From contig CAWJSR010000035.1 of NCBI GenBank assembly GCA_963845515.1, positions 32,001-96,000 on the forward strand: DNA of 64,000 nucleotides. The letters run 5' to 3'. Within the stretch, counting starts at the first letter, position 1. Each line of letters starts with the position of its first letter. The position numbers and the translations under genes were made by a program. Shown in pieces: positions 41,894 through 50,807 of this stretch. The notes under the pieces are model-generated. The model was not told where the DNA came from and made no database searches. It saw nothing but the letters and a program-made list of their open reading frames with translations. The stretch comes from an uncultured delta proteobacterium (GTDB lineage: Bacteria; Myxococcota; Myxococcia; Myxococcales; Anaeromyxobacteraceae).

Positions 41894-42577
41894 CTACTCG
41901 ATCGGCAGCCGCTCGCCCGCCAGGAAGCGATCCACGAGCGTGGGCTCGTCGAGGAAGATCCCGGCCATCCCCGACACGTCGCGGCAGCGCGAGTCGACGC
42001 CGCGCCCGGCGAGCGCCTGCTGGAGCGCCGCGACCGCGTCCGTGTAGAGCACCTGCTGCAGCACGTTCATCCGGACCTCGCCCCCGCCGTCGCGCTCCAT
42101 CCGCTCCCGCAGCGCGCGGCGGCAGTCGGCGGCGTCGAGCGAGCTCAGGCTGCGGCATGCCAGCGGCCTGACCGGGTGGATGGAGCAGCGCCCGGCGCCG
42201 TCCAGGCAAGGGCAGGTCTCGCGCCAGGAGATCCGGTCCTCGTCCTCCAGCCACCGGACGCGATCGTGGAACGCGAGCAGCGCCCGCGCCCGCTCGGCCC
42301 GCTCGGCCTCGGGGAGCCTCTCGGCCAGCCACGCCGCGGCCACGGCCCCCTCGATCGGCAGGGTGGCGACGTTGACCGTGCAGCAGGCCGCGCAGCCGGG
42401 GGCGCAGGCCGGCGCCGGCTGCGCTGCGCCGCGCGCCGCGTCCAGCTCACGCTCGATGACCTCCGTCACGGCGCGCATCAGCCTGGAGAGGCCGGCGCCG
42501 CCGGACGGCCGCGACAGCGTCCCCTCGGCCAGCCGCTCGACCTCGTGGCGGCAGCGTTCGATTGGCCCATCGGTCAT
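41894..42577 (-). CDS. YkgJ-family cysteine-cluster protein
   Basis: CAPGCAACC ... CPCLDGAGRCSIHPVRPLACR. Confidence 0.85.
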   Translation of the reverse strand: MTDGPIERCRHEVERLAEGTLSRPSGGAGLSRLMRAVTEVIERELDAARGAAQPAPACAPGCAACCTVNVATLPIEGAVAAAWLAERLPEAERAERARALLAFHDRVRWLEDEDRISWRETCPCLDGAGRCSIHPVRPLACRSLSSLDAADCRRALRERMERDGGGEVRMNVLQQVLYTDAVAALQQALAGRGVDSRCRDVSGMAGIFLDEPTLVDRFLAGERLPIE

Positions 42578-42756
42578 CGTTCCTCCGCGGAGCGCACAGC
42601 CGCCCCGGTCATCAGGTCAAGTCCGGACGTGGGCTGTCAACCTGCCGCGAGCCGGCGCACGCCGCCGCCGTGATTCCGCGACGTTGGCCCCTGCGCGAAA
42701 CGCGGACGTTGACAGCGCGTCCGTGCGGCGCGATAGGAGGCTGACAACACGAACAC

Positions 42757-42932
42757 CACTCGGGTGCCCGCGAGGGCAACCAGGGAAGCCGGTGAGAATC
42801 CGGCGCGGTCCCGCCACTGTGAGTGAGGGAGCCGCCTCCAAGCGCCACTCGGCCCATGTGCCCGGGGAAGGCGGAGGCGGCGTGGGAGGTGAGAGCCTCC
42901 CGAACCCACGAGCCAGGAGACCTGCCCGAGTG
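42757..42932 (+). ncRNA. Cobalamin (AdoCbl) riboswitch upstream of cobU
   Basis: GGTGC, AGGGAAGCCGGTGAGAATCCGGCGCGGTCCCGCCACTGT, GCCACT, GGGAAGG, B12 box GAGCCAGGAGACCTGCC; P1 CACTCGGG/CCCGAGTG; TTGACA at 42709. Confidence 0.95.
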
Positions 42933-43003
42933 CGGAAGAGGATCGGCATGGCTCGAACCTGCCGCTTCCAGGGCGCGGAGATCGCCCTGGGGGCCAAGCG
43001 CAC

Positions 43004-43573
43004 ATGACGTCGTTCCGTCTCGCCCTCGTCGGCGGTGGCGTCCGCTCCGGCAAGAGCGCCTTCGCCCTCGCGCTCGCCCGGACGCTCGGTCCGCGGCGCG
43101 TCTTCGTGGCGACCGCGCAGGCCTGGGACGCCGAGATGGCGGCAAGGATCGCCGCGCACCGCGCGGAGCGAGCGACCGGCTTCGAGACCATCGAGGAGCC
43201 CTTCGACCCGGCCGCCGCCATCGCGCGCGCGGGGGACGCCGACGTCGTCCTCCTCGACTGCCTCACCCTCTGGCTCTCCAACCTGCTCGTCCGCGGCGAC
43301 TCCGAGGCGGAGATCGGCGACAGGGTCGTGGCGCTGGCCGACGCGCTGCGCGCGGCCCCGTTCTCGTCGATCGTCGTCACCAACGAGGTCGGCATGGGGA
43401 TCGTCCCCGAGTCGCCGCTCGGCCGCACCTTCCGCGACGTCGCGGGGAGGGCCCACCAGGCCTTCGCCTCCCGCGCCGACCGCATCTACTTCGCCATGCT
43501 CGGCACCGTCCTCCGGCTCGCTCCTGGGCCGGTCGCGGTCGAGCGCTTGCCAACCCCCGGAGGACATCCTTGA
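43004..43573 (+). CDS. cobU: Adenosylcobinamide kinase / cobinamide-phosphate guanylyltransferase
   Basis: GGVRSGKS, EMAARIAAH, LLDCLTLWLSN, VTNEVGMG, FRD. Confidence 0.95.
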   Translation: MTSFRLALVGGGVRSGKSAFALALARTLGPRRVFVATAQAWDAEMAARIAAHRAERATGFETIEEPFDPAAAIARAGDADVVLLDCLTLWLSNLLVRGDSEAEIGDRVVALADALRAAPFSSIVVTNEVGMGIVPESPLGRTFRDVAGRAHQAFASRADRIYFAMLGTVLRLAPGPVAVERLPTPGGHP

Positions 43574-44625
43574 GCCTGCTCCAGACGACCCTCGCCGCCA
43601 TCCGTGAACCAGACGCAGCAGCCGCCGCCGAGGCGCAGCGGAAGCTCGACAACAAGACGAAGCCGCTTGGGAGCCTGGGACGGCTCGAGGACGTCGCCCG
43701 CGCGGTCGCGGGGATCCGCCGCAGCGCGGCGCCGGAGCTGCCGGTGAAGGCGATGGTGGTCATGGCGGGCGACCACGGGGTCGCCGAGGAGGGGGTTAGC
43801 GCGTTTCCGCAGGAGGTCACGGCCCAGATGGTGCTCAACTTCGCGGGCGGGGGGGCCGCCATCAACGTCATCTCCCGCCAGGTCGGCGCGCGCCTGATCG
43901 TCGTCGACGTCGGCGTCAAGGGGGCCCTGCCGCCGCTCGAGGGCGTGCGCTCCGCGCGCGTGGCGAATGGGACGCGCAACCTCGCGGTTGGGCCCGCGAT
44001 GACCCGCGACGAGGCCGTGAAGGCCCTGGAGGTCGGCATCGCGATCGCCGACGAGCTGGCGCGCGACGGGGTGACGCTCATCGGGCTGGGAGAGATGGGG
44101 ATCGCCAACTCCACGCCCGCCGTCGCGCTGACCGCCGCCTGGACGGGTCGGCCGCCGTCCGAGCTGACCGGGCGCGGCACCGGCATCGACGACAAGACCC
44201 TCGCCCACAAGGTGTCGGTGATCGAGCGCGCTCTGCGGGTCAACGCCGGCGCGACGGACCCCATCGACGTGCTGGCCCGGCTGGGTGGGCTCGAGATCGC
44301 CGGGCTGGCCGGCGTGGTGCTCGGCGCGGCCGCGCGATCCATCCCCGTCCTGACCGACGGCGTGATCGCGACCGCCGGAGCGCTGGCCGCCGCGAGGATC
44401 TGCCCTGCGGCCGCCGGCGCGATCCTCGCCTCGCACAGCTCTGTCGAGGTGGGCCACCGGGTCCAGCTCGAGGCGCTCGGGAAGAAGCCCCTCTTCGACT
44501 TCGATCTGCGGCTGGGCGAGGGGACAGGCGCGGCGCTGGCGATGGGGATCGTGGACGCGAGCATCCGGATCCTCCGCGAGATGGCCAGCTTCGAGGACGC
44601 CGGCGTCAGCAACCAGGAGCGCTAG
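43570..44625 (+). CDS. cobT: Nicotinate-nucleotide--dimethylbenzimidazole phosphoribosyltransferase
   Basis: TTG start after GGAGG; TKPLGSLGRLE, DHGV, GEMGIANST, GGLEIA, LRLGEGTGA. Confidence 0.96.
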   Translation: MSLLQTTLAAIREPDAAAAAEAQRKLDNKTKPLGSLGRLEDVARAVAGIRRSAAPELPVKAMVVMAGDHGVAEEGVSAFPQEVTAQMVLNFAGGGAAINVISRQVGARLIVVDVGVKGALPPLEGVRSARVANGTRNLAVGPAMTRDEAVKALEVGIAIADELARDGVTLIGLGEMGIANSTPAVALTAAWTGRPPSELTGRGTGIDDKTLAHKVSVIERALRVNAGATDPIDVLARLGGLEIAGLAGVVLGAAARSIPVLTDGVIATAGALAAARICPAAAGAILASHSSVEVGHRVQLEALGKKPLFDFDLRLGEGTGAALAMGIVDASIRILREMASFEDAGVSNQER

Positions 44626-45419
44626 ATGGCGTCCCGGTAGCTGCGGTAGCGGAGGACGACGCCCAGCTCCCGGACGATCGCGGATCCGTCCACGCGACGG
44701 GAGCCGGGCGGGTCCGGACGATCCCCCGGGCTCCAGTCGGCTCCCGACCACGCCGCGAGGAGCGCGCGACCGCTCGCGGGCTCCTCGTCGGCGACCGGCC
44801 ACGCCCCCTCGACGCGGCTCTCGAGCGCCGCGACGGCGATCGCGGCCAGGTCGTCGACGTGGATCCGCGAGACGACGGCGTCGAGGGATCTCGCGTGCGT
44901 GAAGCGCGGCTGCTCGTCCGCGAGCAGCCCCCTCCCGGGACCGTAGATGGCTGCCGTACGGAGCACTAGCGACGACCAGGGGCCATCGCGCACCGCGCGC
45001 TCGGCGTCCAGGTACAGCTCCCCACGCGCCGACGAGGGGGTGGCGGCAGACGCCGCCTCCACCCTCGCAGCGTCGCCATAGACCACGCTGCTGGAGAGCT
45101 GGACCACCCGTACGACGTGGCCGTGCAGCGCGCGGAGGGCCTCCGCCGTCCGCTCTGCGCCGTCGGCCAGGCGGGCGGGCGGCAGCGCGACGAGGACGCG
45201 GAGCCCGACGCGCTCACCCGCGCAGCGCCGGGAGAGCGCGGCGCGTGAGGCCGCGTCGTCCGCCTCGAAGATGACCGGCTCGGCGCCGGCCTGGGTGACT
45301 GCACCCTCCTCCACGGCCTGCCGGACCGTGCCGAGCACGCGCTCGCCTCGCCCGGCGAGCAGGCGTGCCACGCGCTGGCCGGCGTAGCCACAGCCCAGGA
45401 TGAGGGTCGTCCTGCCCAT
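44622..45419 (-). CDS. NAD-dependent epimerase/dehydratase-family (atypical SDR) protein
   Basis: ILGCGYAG, SSSVVYGD, IYGPGR, SRIHVDDLA. Confidence 0.85.
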   Translation of the reverse strand: MGRTTLILGCGYAGQRVARLLAGRGERVLGTVRQAVEEGAVTQAGAEPVIFEADDAASRAALSRRCAGERVGLRVLVALPPARLADGAERTAEALRALHGHVVRVVQLSSSVVYGDAARVEAASAATPSSARGELYLDAERAVRDGPWSSLVLRTAAIYGPGRGLLADEQPRFTHARSLDAVVSRIHVDDLAAIAVAALESRVEGAWPVADEEPASGRALLAAWSGADWSPGDRPDPPGSRRVDGSAIVRELGVVLRYRSYRDAI

Positions 45420-45634
45420 TCCGCCTCCAGTTGGATCGGTCCCCGGCGAGCCTAGGCACGGTGGCGCGAGCCGCTCAAGCGCCCCTGCCGATAGCGCTCG
45501 ACGTGCCCGACGACGTGCCTGGTGATTCGAGCGGGGGGGTCTCATGCGCCTGGCAGGCGGGTCGGGTTGAATATTCCAGCCACGCCGGCCGTGTTACGTT
45601 CAGAGTTTCCTATCCTTCGCTCGAGAGGACTGTG

Positions 45635-47441
45635 ATGATCAAGAAGCCCTCGATACTCCTCCTGGTCGCGACGTCCGGCTGCTTGGGCGTCCCCGTCTAC
45701 TCTCCATCCTATCGTCCGGCCCAGACGTACACCCCTGCGCCGCAAGCTCAGCTCTGGTACTCGGGGAACCACCCCATCGCCGAAGCACAGGGCGGCGGCT
45801 GGTGCTACCTCGATGGCCCCCACCAGCACGCCTACCGGCCCGACCGGGAGGACTGGTTCGGGCTGGACCGCGGCTACCTCATCTTCCGCGGCCCGAACGT
45901 GCACTACTACGTGGACGGCCACCCGCTGCCGGGCAATGGCTGGTGCTCGATCCGCGGCCGTCACACCCACGAGTTCTTCGCGCCGCACGACAACGACTGG
46001 GAGTGGCAGCGCGGAGCCGGGTTCCGCTATCGCGGCCAGTACTCGGCGCAGCGCCCGCCCCCCCCCGGCTACTGGCGGATCCCGGGCAGGCCCGCCGACG
46101 TCCGGCCGCCCCCGCGCTTCGAGGACGACCGACGCCGGGTGCCGCCGCCGGCGGTGGAGAGCCCCCAGGAGCGGGCTGCCCGCGAGCGCGCCGAGCGCGA
46201 GCGCGCACGTGAGCAGGACCGGCTCGACCGCGAGCGGGCCAGGGAGCAGGATCGGCTCGATCGCGAGCGCGAGAAGGCCGAGCGCGACCGGTTCGAGAAG
46301 GAGAAGAAGGACCGCGACGACCGCGACCGCGCCGAGAAGGGGAAAAAGGAGCGCGAGGAGCGCGACCGGTTCGAGAAGGAGAAGAGGGACCGCGACGAGC
46401 GTGACCGCGTAGAGAAGGAGAAGCGCGACCGCGAGGACCGCGAGCGCTTCGACAAGGAGAAGCGGGGCGCCGAGGAGCGCGCGCGCTTCGAGAAGGAGAA
46501 GAAGGATCGCGACGACCGCGACCGGGCCGAGAAGGAGAAGAAGGACCGCGACGACCGCGAGAAGTTCGAGAAGGAGCGGAAGGACCGCGAGGACCGCGAC
46601 CGCGCGGAGAAGGACAAGAAGGACCGCGACGACCGCGACAAGTTCGAGAAGGAGCGGAAGGACCGCGAGGACCGTGACAAGGCCGATCGCGACCGCGCGG
46701 AGAAGGAGAAGAAGGACCGCGACGACCGCGACAAGGCCGATCGTGACCGCGCCGAGAAGGACCGTCAGGACCGCGACCGCGCCGAGAAGGAGAAGAAGGA
46801 CCGCGAGGACCGTGACAAGGCCGACCGTGACCGCGCCGAGAAGGACCGTCAGGACCGCGACAAGGCCGATCGCGACCGCGCCGAGAAGGACCGTCAGGAC
46901 CGCGACAAGGCTGATCGCGACCGCGCCGAGAAGGACCGCCAGGACCGCGACAAGGCCGACCGCGACCGCGCCGAAAAGGACCGCCAGGACCGCGACAAGG
47001 CGCGACCGCGACCGCGCCGAGAAGGATCGCCAGGACCGCGACAAGGCGGCCGCCGACAAGGCCGACCGCGACCGCGCCGAGAAGGATCGCCAGGACCGCG
47101 ACAAGGCGGCCGCCGACAAGGCCGACCGCGACCGCGCCGAGAAGGACCGCCAGGACCGCGACAAGGCGGCCGCCGACAAGGCCGACCGCGACCGCGCCGA
47201 GAAGGACCGCCAGGACCGCGACAAGGCGGCCGCCGACAAGGCCGACCGCGACCGCGCCGAGAAGGACCGCCAGGACCGTGACAAGGCGGCCGCCGACAAG
47301 GCCGCGGGCGGCAAGACCGACGACGGCAAGGCCAGCGGCGGCAAGACCCGCGGCGGCGGCAAGGCGGACGCGGACAAGAGCGACGCCGAGAAGCAGGACG
47401 AGCAGAAGGCGACCACGGATACGCGCAAGAAGCGCCGGTAG
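45635..47441 (+). CDS. Putative lipoprotein with a His/Cys repeat domain and a long charged repeat tail; +1 frameshift near 47000
   Basis: GAGAGG RBS; MIKKPSILLLVATSGC lipobox-like; the tail continues in the 46674..47441 frame after an extra G. Confidence 0.75.
46170..47302 (+). repeat. Coding tandem repeats: degenerate ~13-aa units, then 45-nt units, then near-perfect 60-nt units
   Basis: EKEKKDRDDRDRA-type units; DRDKADRDRAEKDRQ units; lines 47041/47101/47161/47221 are nearly identical. Confidence 0.95.
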
Positions 47442-47467
47442 TCGCAGCGAATACGCGCGATGAATGG

Positions 47468-47502
47468 ACGGGGCGCTGCGTCAACCGCAGCGCCCCGTTT
47501 TG
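47468..47502 (+). terminator. Rho-independent terminator
   Basis: ACGGGGCGCTGCG-TCAAC-CGCAGCGCCCCGT followed by TTT. Confidence 0.8.
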
Positions 47503-47562
47503 TGTCATGCGGCCGGTTGACACACGCTGGCGCCGCGCGATAGCAGGGCACTACATTGATGA

Positions 47563-47747
47563 TGTCTCGGGTGCCCCGTCGAGGGCATTCCAGGGAAGCC
47601 GGTGCGAATCCGGCGCGGACCCGCCACTGTGAGTGAGGGAGCCGCCTCCAGAGAGCCACTCGGGCGAACGCCCGGGGAAGGCGGAGGCAGCGTGTGAGGG
47701 CGATAGTCGCCTTCCGAACCCACGAGCCAGGAGACCGACCCGAGACA
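47563..47747 (+). ncRNA. Cobalamin (AdoCbl) riboswitch upstream of cbiM
   Basis: AGGGAAGCCGGTGCGAATCCGGCGCGGACCCGCCACTGT, GCCACT, GGGAAGG, GAGCCAGGAGACC; P1 TGTCTCGGG/CCCGAGACA; TTGACA at 47517. Confidence 0.95.
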
Positions 47748-47759
47748 GCGAGGATCGGC

Positions 47760-48554
47760 ATGGTTCACACCTGCCGCTCGTCGGGCGCGGAGATCGCCCG
47801 GGGAGCATTCGTACCGTCCGCAGTCCTGACCACGCTCACCGTGGCGATCGCAGCGCTCCCTGCTCCCGCGCGCGCGATGCACCTCGCCGAAGGAACCCTC
47901 CCCGCCGGCTGGTCGGCCGCCTGGTGGGCGGTCACCGCGGCGGGCCTGGCCGTCGCGCTGGACCGGCTCCGCGGACGAGCAGCGCGAGACGCGATCGCGC
48001 GCCCGCTCACCGGCACCATGGCCGCGTTCGTCCTCGTCCTCTCGAGCATCCCGATCCCGGTCCCGGTCGCCGGCTCCAGCGGCCACGCGTGCGGGACCGG
48101 GCTCGCCGCAGTCCTCATTGGGCCCTGGCTGACGCTGCTCGCCGGCTTCGTCGCGCTGCTCCTGCAGGCCTTCGTCGAAGGGCACGGCGGCGTCACCACC
48201 CTGGGCGCGAACGCGGTCTCGATGGGGCTCGCGGGCGCCTTCGCGGGCTGGGGAGCCTTCCGGCTGCTGCGCCGCGCGGGTACGCCCCTCCACGTCGCGG
48301 CGGGGGCAGCCGGCTTCGTCGCCGACGTCGCCACCTACGGCGCGACGACGCTCCAGCTCGCGCTCGCGCACCATGGAGACCGCTCGCTCGCCGCCGCGTT
48401 CGCCGGCGTGGGCACCGCGTTCCTGCCGGTGCAGCTCCCGATCGCCCTCCTCGACGGCGCGCTCGCGGCCGGGGCGATACGGCTCCTCTCCGACCGGCGC
48501 CCGGACCTGCTCGCCCGGCTCGGCGTGGTCGCTCCCACGGCGGAGGGCGCGTGA
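47760..48554 (+). CDS. cbiM: Cobalt ECF transporter S component with signal peptide
   Basis: APARA/MHLAEG mature N-terminus; GSSGHACGTGL; HGGVTTLGAN; start uncertain (47760 or 47877). Confidence 0.92.
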   Translation: MVHTCRSSGAEIARGAFVPSAVLTTLTVAIAALPAPARAMHLAEGTLPAGWSAAWWAVTAAGLAVALDRLRGRAARDAIARPLTGTMAAFVLVLSSIPIPVPVAGSSGHACGTGLAAVLIGPWLTLLAGFVALLLQAFVEGHGGVTTLGANAVSMGLAGAFAGWGAFRLLRRAGTPLHVAAGAAGFVADVATYGATTLQLALAHHGDRSLAAAFAGVGTAFLPVQLPIALLDGALAAGAIRLLSDRRPDLLARLGVVAPTAEGA

Positions 48555-49240
48555 GCCACCGCTCGCTCGACGCGCGGGTGGGGCTCGGAACGGCCGTCGC
48601 AGCGTGGGGAGTCGCGCTCGTCGCGCCCCACCCCGCGACGACCGCCACCGTCGCTGCGCTCGCGCTCCTGCTCAGGCTCCGGCGGCCGCGCGCCCTCCGC
48701 GCGCTGCTGCCGTCCGCCGCGATCGCCCTGGTGGCCGCCGGCTTCCTGGCGATCTTCCACGTCGCGGGTGGGCCTGGGACGGGCCACGGCCAGGCCGCGG
48801 GGATGCTCGCCGTCCGGATCGTCTCCGCCGGCTGGGTCGGCGCCGCGCTCGTCGCGTGGCTCCCGCTCCCCGAGCTGCTCTCCGCGCTCGCCTGGGCGCG
48901 TGTCGCGCCCGCGCTCCTGGAGCTCGTGGCCATCGCCGACCGCCAGCGGCACGCCCTGGGCGCGTACGCCGTGGCGGTCCGCGACGCGCAGCGGCTCCGG
49001 CTCGGGTGGTCGGAGCCGCTGCGCGCGATCCGCTCCGCCGGTGGGCTGGCTGGCCTCGCCGTCTGGCGCGCGGTCGCGCAGGCAGAGATCGCGTCCGACG
49101 CGCTGGCGCTCCGTGGCGCGCGGGGCCAGCTGCGACCGCCGCTGGAGCCGCGCCTCGGCTGGCGCAACGCGGCCTTCGCGGCGAGCGCCGCGGCGGCGCT
49201 CTGCGCGTGCCTCCTCCTCCCCGGACTCCTGCCGCCGTGA
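48551..49240 (+). CDS. cbiQ: ECF transporter T component (divergent)
   Basis: Membrane protein with AQRLRLG and ALALRG motifs, between cbiM and the ATPase. Confidence 0.8.
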   Translation: MSHRSLDARVGLGTAVAAWGVALVAPHPATTATVAALALLLRLRRPRALRALLPSAAIALVAAGFLAIFHVAGGPGTGHGQAAGMLAVRIVSAGWVGAALVAWLPLPELLSALAWARVAPALLELVAIADRQRHALGAYAVAVRDAQRLRLGWSEPLRAIRSAGGLAGLAVWRAVAQAEIASDALALRGARGQLRPPLEPRLGWRNAAFAASAAAALCACLLLPGLLPP

Positions 49241-50058
49241 TCCCCGCGCTCCACATCGACGCCGCACAGGTCGGCCCCGCCGCGGGCAGGTGGGCGCTCG
49301 GCCCGGTCCGGCTGGAGCTTCGCCCCGGCGAGCGCGTGGCCATCCTCGGCGCGAACGGCGCGGGAAAGACGACGCTCCTGCGTGCGATGACCGGGCTGGG
49401 GCGGCTGCGGGGCGGCGAGGTTCGCATCGGGGGAAGGACCATCCGGACGCCGGAGGAGGCCGTCCGTGCAGGGGCCGGGCTGGTCCTCCAGAACCCGGAG
49501 GACCAGCTCCTCGGCGCGACGGTCCTCGAGGACGTGACCATCGGCCCGCTCCACGCCGGGCTCGATGGCCCCGCCGCCCGCCAGCGAGCGCGCGCCGCGC
49601 TGGCCACCGTCGGCCTCCAGGGGATGGACGAGCGACGGGTCGACGAGCTCTCCTTCGGCGAGAAGCGGCGCGTGGGGCTCGCCGGGGTCCTGGCCATGGA
49701 GCCGTCGCTCCTCCTGCTGGACGAGCCGACCTCGGGGCTCGATCCGCTCGGCGAGCAGGAGATCGTGGCGCTCCTGTGCCGCGTCGCCGGCGAGCGGGGC
49801 GCCACGCTCGTCATCGCCACGCACGCCGTCGATCTCGTCCCGACGGTGGCCGATCGCGCGATCGTCCTGGGGGACGGCCGGATCCTCGCCGACCTCCCCG
49901 TCCCCGAGCTCTTCGCCGACGCGCCGCTGCTCGCGCGCTCGCGCCTGCGCGCGCCGTGGGTCGCTGAGCTCTGGCGCGCCCTCGGGCGGCCCGCACGCGA
50001 CGGTCGCTCACCACTCACGCTTCAGGAGGCGCTCGCTTGGAACGCCGATCCGTCCTGA
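49237..50058 (+). CDS. cbiO: ECF transporter ATPase
   Basis: GANGAGKTT, LQNPEDQL, LSFGEKRR, LLLDEPTSGLD. Confidence 0.92.
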   Translation: MIPALHIDAAQVGPAAGRWALGPVRLELRPGERVAILGANGAGKTTLLRAMTGLGRLRGGEVRIGGRTIRTPEEAVRAGAGLVLQNPEDQLLGATVLEDVTIGPLHAGLDGPAARQRARAALATVGLQGMDERRVDELSFGEKRRVGLAGVLAMEPSLLLLDEPTSGLDPLGEQEIVALLCRVAGERGATLVIATHAVDLVPTVADRAIVLGDGRILADLPVPELFADAPLLARSRLRAPWVAELWRALGRPARDGRSPLTLQEALAWNADPS

Positions 50059-50807
50059 TCCTCGGCCACGGCAGCCGCCGCGAGGCCGCCAACGCCCAGT
50101 TCGAGGCACTGGTCGCGCGCTTTCGCGCCCGACGACCCGAGCTGGACGTCGCCCACGCCTACATCGAGCTGGCGGAGCCGCTCCTGCCCGACGGGCTCGC
50201 CTCCCTGGCCCAGCGCTCCGACCGGGTGACGATCCTTCCGCTCTTCCTCTTCGCGGCGGGGCACGTGAAGAGCGACGTCCCGGAGGCGATCGAGGAGGCG
50301 AGGCGGCGCTTCCCCGCGGTCCGCTTCGAGGCCGCCGCCGAGCTGGGCGTCGATCCGGTGATGATCTCGATCGCGCTCGACCGGGCCGGGGCCGCCGTGC
50401 CGCTGGGGGGGCGCGAGGCGGCGAGTACGGTCCTCCTGACCATCGGCCGCGGCTCGCTCGACTCCGACGCGAACGGCAACTTCTACAAGGTGAGCAGGAT
50501 CGTCGCGGAGCAGGGCGGCTTCGCCCGGCCCGAGCTCTGCTTCATCGCCGTGGCAAGTCCGCTCCTGCCCGAGGCGCTGGAGCGCGTCGCGCTCTCGACG
50601 CCCGAGCGGCTGCTGGTCCTCCCCTACTTCCTCTTCGAGGGACTCCTCGTCGAGCAGGTCCGGGCGGAGGTCGCCGGCTTCGCCGCCCGCCACCCGGCGA
50701 TCGACGTGAGGCTCGCCGCCTTCCTCGGTCCCGACGAGCGGCTCTGCGACGTGCTCGACGCGAGGCTCGCGGCGACGGGTGGCGGCGAGGAGGCCAGCGG
50801 CGAATGA
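50037..50807 (+). CDS. cbiX: Sirohydrochlorin cobaltochelatase (two-domain CbiX)
   Basis: GHGSR, PLFLFAAGHVKSDVP, second domain IGRGS...PYFLFEG. Confidence 0.9.
   Translation: MERRSVLILGHGSRREAANAQFEALVARFRARRPELDVAHAYIELAEPLLPDGLASLAQRSDRVTILPLFLFAAGHVKSDVPEAIEEARRRFPAVRFEAAAELGVDPVMISIALDRAGAAVPLGGREAASTVLLTIGRGSLDSDANGNFYKVSRIVAEQGGFARPELCFIAVASPLLPEALERVALSTPERLLVLPYFLFEGLLVEQVRAEVAGFAARHPAIDVRLAAFLGPDERLCDVLDARLAATGGGEEASGE

Noticed and set aside
45595..45604. TACGTTCAGA, identical to one half of the GbsR operator, upstream of the lipoprotein
   Set aside because: No matching second half-site; it can be explained as an extended -10 element (TGnTACGTT) or as chance.
46980..47302. 60-nt periodic array resembling a CRISPR
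   Set aside because: Units are contiguous and nearly identical with no unique spacers; they are in-frame coding repeats and there are no cas genes.
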